This document shows, one piece after another, positions 49,334-58,346 of a stretch of 64,000 bases of DNA (its first letter is position 1; every line of letters starts with the position of its first letter). Where the stretch lies: positions 512,001 through 576,000 of the forward strand of contig CBDCNP010000002.1 in NCBI GenBank assembly GCA_965219415.1, written 5' to 3'. Below the pieces are notes generated by a model. That model was not told the DNA's origin. It was given only the letters and a program-made list of their open reading frames with translations, and ran no database searches. Source of the DNA: Candidatus Marinacidobacterales bacterium (lineage in GTDB: Bacteria > Acidobacteriota > Vicinamibacteria > Marinacidobacterales > DATDRI01). Position numbers and translations under genes: made by a program.

Positions 49334-52300
49334 CTAGGGGAGGACTGAAAAAACTCGGATTCTTGCGCCCTCTGCTCTCCCGAGCGCTGTAAGCTCATCC
49401 ACGAATTGCTTGTTCGGCGCCTTCAAGAAGAAGTACCAGAGGTCTGTACCTGCGTTCTTGGCGGCTCCTAGGAATACCTTGAACTGTGCCAGCCTAAACG
49501 CTGCCTGGCTCAGTCTAGCCTCAATAAGAATTCCTCGCCATACGAAATCGATAATACGACTGCCTTTCGGCCCCGCGCCGAATCCAGCGACTCTCCCTCC
49601 CACGATCACGACCTGGCGGAACGCCTGTTCCCTAAACACAATCTCAAAAAGGAACTTCTCAAACGCTCGCCCCAAACTCAGCCGCGCGCGACCGCGGAAT
49701 ATCTCAAAGGCCCGAGCCAAGATAGGCAGTCGTCGCGACCCTTCCCTTGCTCCGGCTCCAATAAGGCCAGCCGGCGACGGGAAATTGACACCCGAAAAAG
49801 CCGCGGCTAGGCCTATGACAATACCCTCAACGGCGGTCGTCAATTTGGGAACCGAGATCGCAATCAGTGTCACTCTCAGGTTGATAGCAGCCAGCGTGCT
49901 TGCGAAGAGGCCTTCCCCAGTGGGATCAACGTTGTTGACGGGATTTGCGTGGACATGTAGATATTTGTGGAGACTTAGCGGATCGAATTCTAAGCCCTCG
50001 AAGGGGTCTAAACTGGCAAACTGTCCGACGGCAGGATCCATCCACCGGGCGCGGTTATAGTTATAATAGAAGCCCATGTTGGGCTGGAAGGGTTCTCCTG
50101 CAAATTGGTACGGCTTGCGGATCGGTCCCGACGTGCTGTAATTGCTCACCAAACGCGGTGTATTCGTACCTGTCGGTGACGTTGCCAGTTTCGTCCGTAA
50201 GGAAGCGGATGGATCCCAGCCCATCGGCGTGGTAGTAGCGGGTTTCGGTGGGTCGAATAACCGAGAGAAGGTCGTCGACGCCCCTTACGTAGTAGGCGAG
50301 CACGTTGCCCGCGTTGTCCGTTTCGGCGACGACGTGGCTGAGAGAGCCGGAGGGATCTACTAAGAACTCGGTGAGCGCAGGCGGTCCGGTAGCGGGCGTG
50401 ATTTCTGTCCGCACGCGATTGCCGTCAGCATCGTACGCGTGGGCGACGACTGCCCCGTCCGCCTTTTCTACCCTGACCAATCGATTCTCGAAGTCCCAGA
50501 AGTAGGTGGCTTCGGCTGACTTGCTGGTCAGGTTTCCGTTTTCGTCATACCCGTAAATGGTGCCGTTCTCCGTCAAGAGCCGGTCTCGGTCGTCGTAGGT
50601 GTAATTCACCAACCCAGCGCCGGAACCCGTGGTAGTCTGCAGCTCTCGGTTGCCCACGGGGTCGTAGTCAAATACCTTCTGATAGACGAACCCGCCCACG
50701 TCACTGACCTGCTCTGCGGTGAGACGATACAGGCCGTCGTAGGTGTACTCCCTGAACGTCCCATCGGCCTCGTCGATGCGCTCGCGGTTACCCGCCAGCC
50801 CCAGGGTGAAGTCATAGGACTGGATCACCCCCGTCGGTCCGTTAGTCGTGAGATTGGTTAAGCGATTGAGTGTGTCGTAGCTGTAGCTGGTAGCAGTTCC
50901 ATTCGGTTGGCTGAGCGAGCTCCGGTTCCCATTTCGATCCCAGTCGAAGTCGTAGGTTCCGTTGTTGGGATCGGCTACGGTATCCAACCGACTCGCATCA
51001 TCGTAGGTGTAGATGGTTTCGAGGATCGTTGGGCCGATCGTTGCCTTGAGACTGGTTCGATTGCCATTGGCGTCGAAAACGTAGTCCAACCGGCGGCCAT
51101 CTGGATATGCGAGACTCTGCAGCCGGTCTCTTTCGTCGTACGTGTAGCTAGTGACGCCCCTGGAGTCGGTGGTCGACTCCCGCTGGCCGGTATTTGTGTA
51201 CGTAAACGCTACGAAGCTCGTATCGGGGAAACCCCGTCGGGTGAGTCGATGGTTGACGTCATAGTCGAAAGTGACCTGGTTCCCGTCAAACTTGGTCCAG
51301 ATCTTCAGGTTCCCAGCAGGGTCGTACTCCTTGGACTCGAAAATCCCATCCGGTAGTGTCCGCCTGGTCTCCCGCCCGAGTTCGTCATACTCAAAGCCGG
51401 TGACGTGATTGTTGGCATCCTCTTGCTCGATGCGGTTCCCTACCTCGTCGTAGCGGTAGATCGTCTCCTGCGCCAAGGCATCAATTACTGTAGTGAGACG
51501 GCCCAAACAATCGTACTTGAACTCGGTGACCTTTCCTTCTTGGTCGATCTCTCGAATGCGGCGGCCCAAGCTGTCGTAGTCCGTTTGGATGAAGGTCCCG
51601 TCCGCGAAGATGGTCTTGGTCCGTCGGTTGAGCGCATCGTACTCGAAGGTCGTGTCTTCTCCTTTGGCATCTTTGATGAGAATCTGGTTGCCGGTCTCGT
51701 CGTAGTCGAATGCTGTCTCATTCCCGAGAGGGTCGGTGATCTTCGTGCGACGGCCTGCCTTGTCGTAGTCGTAGAAGGTCGACTTACCTCGGCCATCGAC
51801 CGTTTCTGCCAGTCTTCCGGCGTCGTCGTAGACGTTTTGGGTAAAAGCTTCGTCGGCGAAAGTCGTCTTCGTCAGTCGCCCCAGGCTGTCGTACTCAAAC
51901 CCGGTCGTACGACCATCACGGTCCTCCGACCTCAGCCGCCGCCCCTCCCCATCGTAGGTAAACTCTTCGGTCGTCAGATCCGGGAACGTGGTCTTGACCG
52001 GCCGCCCCATCTCGTCGTACTCAAACTCCGTCTTCCGATTCAGTTGGTCGAAGCTCTCGATCTGCTTCCCGAGCTTGTCGTAGACCGTGCGGGTAGTCGT
52101 TCCGTCGGGGTCCTCGGTTTCAAGGAGCCGGCTCTGCTTGTCGTAGGTAAAGATGGTCTCGAGGGTCTCGATACCCGAGGGAGTCGTTCTCGTCCGCGTC
52201 TCGGTTGTCCGATTTCCGTTGGTGTCGTACGTAAAACTCGTCTCATTGCCCAGGGCATCGGTTTCTTTTGTCAAGTTACCGAACGAGTCGTACTCGAACT

Positions 52301-53714
52301 GGGTTACACATTCCACGCCATCGACCAGGACCGACTGCGTTTCTACGTTGCCCTTATTGTCGTAAGTGAAGGTGGTTTCGTTACCCAACGCATCGATGGT
52401 CTTTTCCAAGTTGCCGTTGGAATCATAGACATTGGTGGTCGGGTTCCCGCGAGCATCCGTGGTCGTCTCTACCTGGTCCCTTTCGTTGTAGGCGAAGGTG
52501 GTCTCATTGCCTTCGGGATCCTCCATGCTTGTCAGGTTGTCGCGGTCGTCGTAAGTGAAGAACGTCGTCGCCGGGTCGGTATTGCTCGGATCGTGCGCCT
52601 CCGTCTCGGATAGACGATTATCCTCCTCATCAAATGTCCTCAAGATGATCTTCCCATTCGGATCGATCTCTCGTACCACGTTCCCCCGGTCGTCGTACTC
52701 AAGCACGCGCTGCGCGCCGTTCCGATCGCGAATGATCTCCACCCGCGCATCGGGATCGTGGGTGTACTCAATCGTCTTGCCGAAGGCATCGGTGTGACTG
52801 ATGAGCCTTCCCGTATCCGGATCGTAGTCGTTCCGGATGGGCATGATGCCTCGGGGATCTTCAATCCCATCTAAGTGATGCGGGATCGGGTCCAAGTAGG
52901 TAAACGTTGTAGTGTTGTTTTCCCGGTCTGAATAGGTTTCGAGGTCCCCGTTGGCATCGTAGCGGTAGAGCATCGCGTTGCCCTCGGGGTCGGTGATCGA
53001 CTGGATACGCCCTTCGGCATCACGATCGAAGACGACGCCCTTGCCGCTCGAGTGGGTAATGCCACCGGGACCGATGGTGAGCTGGTTCCCATTGAGATCG
53101 GTGAGGCTCTTCAGCCCATCGACTTGATCGATGAGAAACTCCCGCCCGTCGCGAAGCGTCAGCCGGTAGAGATCCGGGTCATAGATCGAAAAATCCGGTG
53201 CGAAAAGCTGCACCGAGCCAGGGAACGCTCCGACCACGAAAACCAGGCCTCCGTCGGCCGGCGCCAAAGAGCTGTGGGTACCCGGCAGGGGACGGAAGGT
53301 CAACGTCACTTGATCCATGGGGGTGAACTGTTGACACGAGGGCGTGACGATCGGCTCGAACTCGTGGACCTCCCCGCCTGGAAAGGTGATAGTCACCACC
53401 GACGGCTTCACAGGGGGCAGACAGTAAGTCAAGAACGGTCCCGGAATGAGCTGGCCTTGCCAGGAAACACCCGCCACGCCGTTTTCCCCGACGGTCAGCT
53501 CTTCGATGTCGAGCGTCCACCCGAACCCGAAATCCCCCAATCGTTTATCCCGAGAGTCATACGTCCGCGTGATCCGAATGGGAAGACCGGCCACAGGAAC
53601 TTCGAGATCCACAAACGAGACAGTAAAGTGCCCGACCTTGAAGTTGTCTTGCACCACCACGAAGACCGATGTACTCGTAGACTGTGCGGCCTGGTCGGTG
53701 GCTCTGAGCCGCAT
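49334..53714 (-). CDS. Rhs/YD-repeat polymorphic toxin core and C-terminal putative PD-(D/E)xK nuclease (frameshift near 50115)
   Basis: Many YD repeats; 'YYHADGLGS', 'Y.Y.AFG', 'RARWMDP..G.F.S.DP' and 'NPVNNVDPTG' cleavage motif. The tip has G..FE / IDF / IEAR / Q. Confidence 0.88.
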
Positions 53715-55235
53715 ATGGAAGGTCGGCTACTGTCCGCGCCGCGCTTGCCCCCGCCACTGCTGCTGTCGTCGCTGCTGCTGCTATCACTACTCCGACTGTC
53801 ACCGCTGCTGTCGTCGCTACTGCTGCTATCACTACTTCGACTGTCATCGCTGCTGTGGTCGTCCTCCGGCCCCTCCTCCCCGACACCAACCCGAATCGTT
53901 AATTCGCGGCTCCGATCACGGACGAAAACGTCCTTGTTGTGATCCGTATCATCATCCACAAGGTTCGTGGCCTTGGACTCGAACGCCACGAATCGGCCGC
54001 TGGCATTGATGGACGGGGCCTCGCTGTCTCCATCGCCTTGTTCGCCCTCGCTGCTCATGCTGACGCGCGTGGTCTCGCCGGAATCCCGATCGTGCACGAA
54101 GACATCGGCCTTCCGGTTCGTATCATCGGGCACAAGATTGGTCGACTTACTTGTGAACGCTACGAAATGTCCGTCGGCATTGATGCTGGCGGAACCGCTG
54201 TCGCGATCTCCTTCGATTCCGTCGCTCGTCACACTTACTCGGGTCGTCTCACCGGTTGTGCGGTCGTGGACGAAAACGTCCTGTTTCCATTTGGTGTCAG
54301 AGAGGACGAGGTTTTTCGCCTTCGAATGAAAGGCAACGAATCGACCGTCGGCGCTGATCGCCGCATGGCTACTGTCCTTGTTCCCTACCGAGCCGCCGCT
54401 CGCGATGCTTACCATGGTCGTCTCACGCGTGTGCCGGTCGTGGACGAAGATCTGCTTTTTCCAGTGCGTGCCCTTCGGGAGAGAGATTGGAAGCTTTGGA
54501 CTCGAAAGCGACGAAGTGACCGTCCGCGCTGATCGCGGGAGCCCCGCTTCCACCATTCGCTTGCTCGCCGTCGGCTCGCAATGCTCAGCCGTACGGTCTC
54601 ACCCGTATCGCGGTTGTGCACGAAGACGTCAGGCTTCTTGTTCGTGTCACCGGGCACTAGGTTTTTAGCCTTCGACTCGAACGCTACGAAACGGCCGTCC
54701 CCACTAATGGACGGCTTTCCACTGTCGGCATAGGCTTCCCTGCCGTCGCTCGCCACGCTTATCCGACTCGTTTCGCCCGACTCTCGGTCTCGGACGAAGA
54801 CGTCCTGGACGTAGTTGGAGTCTCCGGGGACGAGGTTCTTCGCGCGGGATGAAAACGCCACCCAGCGACCATCCGCACTGCTGGACGCGTCTTGGCTGTC
54901 GCGATTCCCCTGTTCCTCTGCGCTGGAGAGGCTCAGCCGGATAATTTCTCCCACTGTGACTGAGGGCGATGGTGCCGGCGCTGCAATTGGACGGACCGGC
55001 GGCGACGAACTGCCGCCGACAGTGCTAGAGCCAGCCGTGGGTGTCGAGACCTCTGCAAGAGGAACCGGGTTCTCTGGAAAAACCACGAGGGTCGGAGAAG
55101 CCGCCCGCGAAGGGAAGCGAGCGGGAAAAACCGATTGGAGCATGCGGATCTCGGCGACGACAGTCGTCTCCAACAAGAAGTAATAAGGATGACGGAACTA
55201 ACGATCTTGCGCGGCCGCTCGAGCGCCTTGGTCAT
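53715..55235 (-). pseudogene. N-terminal part of the Rhs protein: signal-like start and TolB/PD40-like propeller repeats; frameshifted and joined out of frame to the core
   Basis: Five repeats 'S(I)S.DG(R/H)(F/W)VAF.SKA.NLV..D.N...DVFV.DR..GET.R.S'. Hydrophobic N-terminus from MTKALERPRKIVSSVILI. Confidence 0.75.
53759..53848 (-). repeat. 45-bp tandem duplication encoding a Ser/Asp-rich tract
   Basis: Two near-identical units encode (D/G)DSRSSDSSSSDDSS. Confidence 0.85.
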
Positions 55236-55631
55236 CGTTCCATCCCAGGCGAGTCCATGGCCCACGTAAGGAGAGCGCACCGAACGAGGCGCGAAATCAC
55301 GGGCTCCTCGCTACAGTTTCGAACGCTACACCCCCTTGGAACCGCGGCGGAGACACTCGTCCCGCCGAATCGCTCAAGAACTCTTCGATGTTCGAAAAGG
55401 GTGGGTCTAGCGGTTCCGATCCAGTGTTGGAAAACGGGCGGAGCTCGGAGGAAAGGAATTAATAAGTCCAGCGGAAAGAAACACCACAAGCGCTCCCGGG
55501 GCCGAACCGGCAGACAAACCCTCAAGTCCTCTTAGCCCGCGCGTTGGTTGGGGAGCGTCGCGCAAAGCCCTACTGGGCGCCAAATTATCAGAAAAGACGG
55601 CGCGCCGTCAAAGAGGAGAACTCTCGCCGAC

Positions 55632-55692
55632 CTAGCGGTCTCGCTCCCAAAGAGCGATGCCGCCGGCTGTCTTCTCACTACCGAGGCAAGCT
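55632..55692 (-). repeat. Second, degenerate copy of the propeller gene 3' end (internal island boundary)
   Basis: CTAGCGGTCTCGCTCCCAAAgAGCGATGCCGCC matches 57196-57228 with one mismatch and encodes ...AGGIALWERDR*. Confidence 0.88.
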
Positions 55693-55855
55693 CGCTCGGA
55701 GGGTATTTCCCAAGAAGGCCCGCCTTCGGGAAACGATACGCGTCTTTCGTGCCACTTGGCTGGCCGGATTCCGAAGCGTAATCGGACTATACGCAATATT
55801 GTGTTTAACACGCAATAATACGCATACTATCCTAACAACTGAAGGGTGGTGTCTT

Positions 55856-56575
55856 ATGAACCTGTACGTCTACAGCCAAGCGACGCTTGCGTCCAAAGCT
55901 CAAGCTTTGGTTCATCGGCTCGGCGTGGAAGCCGATTCGCAGATAAGTCACTTTCCCATTGTCCCCCGGACGCTGCCAGCACGCGCCCACTGCGTCCTGG
56001 TCCTATCGGGCAACGAGCCAACCGACCTCATCCGAACGAATCTGCGGAGACTCGCTCGGGGTAGTCGCTGGTCTGGCAAAGTTGTTCTCTACTCGGAGAG
56101 CCCGGAGCTAGACAAGGTCGTTGTATGGGCGCGCTTGCTCGAGAGGCTCTTCCCGAAGCGTTCCCATGTTTGCTTCGTCGACGACAAGCTCGCCCGCGTA
56201 CTAAAACTCCATCCGGTTCGCTCTGCACAGACTCCGCAAACCATTCCAGCGGTTCAGTCTGCGGATGTTTCAACTCTCCGACGAGACCTCGGCCTAACAC
56301 AGGAACAGATGGCTTCTGCCGTCGGCGTCAGTCCAAGGACAGTTCAGAACTGGGAACTCGGTAAGCCTTCTCCACGAACTGCAAGGCGCCTTCAAGATTT
56401 GTTCGAGCTGCGAGAAGTGTTGAAGGAGTACCTGCCGTTTGATCAGCTTGGGCAATGGCTCTCGTCTGCCAACGACTCCTTCGAGGGCTCATCGCCAGTG
56501 AATTGGATCTTGGCAGGGAGGGCACGGGACGTTCTACTCGGGTTTCGCCGACTTCAAACAGGCGAACCCTGGTGA
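55856..56575 (+). CDS. Xre-HTH / MbcA-ParS-type antitoxin with a long N-terminal extension
   Basis: HTH 'LRRDLGLTQEQMA..VGVS.RTVQNWE'; C-terminal 'QWL...N..F.G.SP...I..G....V' toxin-binding domain. Confidence 0.8.
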   Translation: MNLYVYSQATLASKAQALVHRLGVEADSQISHFPIVPRTLPARAHCVLVLSGNEPTDLIRTNLRRLARGSRWSGKVVLYSESPELDKVVVWARLLERLFPKRSHVCFVDDKLARVLKLHPVRSAQTPQTIPAVQSADVSTLRRDLGLTQEQMASAVGVSPRTVQNWELGKPSPRTARRLQDLFELREVLKEYLPFDQLGQWLSSANDSFEGSSPVNWILAGRARDVLLGFRRLQTGEPW

Positions 56576-57150
56576 CGCTTCCCCGTGCTTGGGTTCAGCT
56601 GCTCAAGCGCCTGAGCCGGGACGCCGCGCCGCTCGAACGTCATTTCTTTCGTTCGGTGGAAATAAGGTACGCTCACCCGGACGACGTACTCACCGGGGAA
56701 GGTACACGACGCTACGGCGGACGCTTCGCCCGTACTGGCGTGCGCGCCGTCTATCTCGCCGCCGATGAAGAAACTGCTCTCTGCGAGGTCACCGCCCGAA
56801 AAAAACGCCTCAGTGGCCGACGCCAGATAGAATTGACCGACTACCCGCGAGTCACCTACGTCGTCGAGGTTAAGTTAGCGCGCCATATCAACCTCGCAGC
56901 AATGGCGAGTGGAGGCGAGTCTGGCAAGCTCGTGAGTGCCTGCCTCGCCCCGGATATTCGAGACTCTCAAGAGGTGGGCGAGTTCCTGAGCGACGCAGAA
57001 GTCCAAGGGATTCTCTACCCGTCCGCAACACCCGAATGCAAAGGAGAGAATGTGGTTGTATTTCGGGAACTTCCTCCCAAACCGAGCCTCGAGCTTGTCA
57101 ACAGGGACCGTGTGATTGCTCTTTTCGAGGAGTGGGCTAAGCGCGGTTGA
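56572..57150 (+). CDS. RES-domain toxin (putative NAD+ phosphorylase)
   Basis: GTGA overlap with the antitoxin; R (FRSV), 'GGRF', 'YLA....TALCE' and 'GILYPS...N.V.F' motifs. Confidence 0.88.
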   Translation: MTLPRAWVQLLKRLSRDAAPLERHFFRSVEIRYAHPDDVLTGEGTRRYGGRFARTGVRAVYLAADEETALCEVTARKKRLSGRRQIELTDYPRVTYVVEVKLARHINLAAMASGGESGKLVSACLAPDIRDSQEVGEFLSDAEVQGILYPSATPECKGENVVVFRELPPKPSLELVNRDRVIALFEEWAKRG

Positions 57151-57195
57151 CTCCACTTGTCCGGTGGCGACCAGCGGCCGGCCCTGGCCAAGCAA

Positions 57196-58341
57196 CTAGC
57201 GGTCTCGCTCCCAAATAGCGATGCCGCCCGCCTGCTTTCCCACATCCACCGACGCAACCAGTCGAGGCGGCGCGATCTGGAAGACGTCGACGCTTCCCGG
57301 CTCCCCACCGACGCCCTCCACGGTGACGATGGCGAATTTCCCATCCGGAGTCACCACAACGCCATGAGGTACGCTACGCGAAGAAGAGACGCTGGCGATC
57401 TCCTCTCCGGTCTCGAGATTCCAGAAGCCGACCGCGGCACCTTTCTTATAGGTAGCAACGAGGACTTTGCCGTCCGGGGTGACGTCGAGGTTGTAAGGAC
57501 CGGGACCGGTTTCGAACTTCCTCGTAACCTTCCAATCCTCGAGGTCCACCTCCAGGACGATGTCCTTGGCGTTCCCCGCAACGTAAACCTTCCCCTGCGG
57601 CGTCGGCGGCGTCACCCACGTCGGTTGGACCACCTTCGACACCGGATATCCGGTTTCGTTTCCTTCACCATGCTGATGCACGTCGCCACTCTGAGTATTC
57701 GGGTCGACTAGTGACAGCCTCCGGTTGACCTCGAACCGTAGGGCGTCGAACTCCATCAACTCGTCGCTCATCATGTTGACGGAATAGAGGCGAGCCCCTT
57801 TCGCGTCCAACCGAGCCCCGTGCGGCATGATGCCGGTGGGGATCTGGGCCACCTCGATCATCGTCTCCGCCTCTACCACCGAGATACTGCTGGGCTCCAT
57901 ATCCCCGTGGAGGTTGAAGTTGACGACGTAGAGGAGACCGGTGCTCGGTGACACCGCGAGTGTCGCCGGAAACATGCCGACCGTCACGTCTCCCACCCAG
58001 TCGTCGGTGCCGGTCTCGTACTTGTGGATAGAGCCGTAAGGCATTCCGTGGGCGATCGAGACGAACCAGTGCCGACCGTCCGGAGAGATGTTGATGCCGT
58101 GGGGGCCTTCGATGTCGGCCGGGAAGCTCCCTACCGGAATACTCTTGGCCACCTCGAGCCCTCCGGGACCGAAACGAATGAGTTCGACCCGGTCATCCGA
58201 CTCGGCGGCAACGTAGGCATAGTAGTTATGCGTCGGTTTCGTTAGATCTTCCGCCGGAAGCGTGGTCGGCTGGACGAATACAAGGGCGAGCGCCGGCAAA
58301 AGCCAGCGCCCGCCGGTATAGATAGCTGACGGCTCCATCAT
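57196..58341 (-). CDS. Secreted YVTN/YncE-type beta-propeller protein
   Basis: Signal peptide; 'EGPHG', 'G.MPHG', 'GPYNL.VTPDGK' and 'PHGVVVTPDGK' repeats. Confidence 0.82.
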   Translation of the reverse strand: MMEPSAIYTGGRWLLPALALVFVQPTTLPAEDLTKPTHNYYAYVAAESDDRVELIRFGPGGLEVAKSIPVGSFPADIEGPHGINISPDGRHWFVSIAHGMPYGSIHKYETGTDDWVGDVTVGMFPATLAVSPSTGLLYVVNFNLHGDMEPSSISVVEAETMIEVAQIPTGIMPHGARLDAKGARLYSVNMMSDELMEFDALRFEVNRRLSLVDPNTQSGDVHQHGEGNETGYPVSKVVQPTWVTPPTPQGKVYVAGNAKDIVLEVDLEDWKVTRKFETGPGPYNLDVTPDGKVLVATYKKGAAVGFWNLETGEEIASVSSSRSVPHGVVVTPDGKFAIVTVEGVGGEPGSVDVFQIAPPRLVASVDVGKQAGGIAIWERDR

Positions 58342-58346
58342 CTTTA

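Noticed and set aside
53755-53860. Short periodic repeats resembling a CRISPR or a Cys-rich peptide on the + strand (CCCRRCCCYHY...)
   Set aside because: There are no spacers and no cas genes. The Cys-rich ORF is the antisense reading of the Ser/Asp tract in the minus-strand gene.
54000-54900. Repeated ~170-bp units as a DNA repeat array
   Set aside because: They are explained by protein-level beta-propeller blade repeats with divergent codons.
55544-55855. Extended N-terminus of the Xre antitoxin given by the ORF track
   Set aside because: It overlaps the boundary repeat and the AT-rich promoter region. ATG 55856 is the more plausible start.
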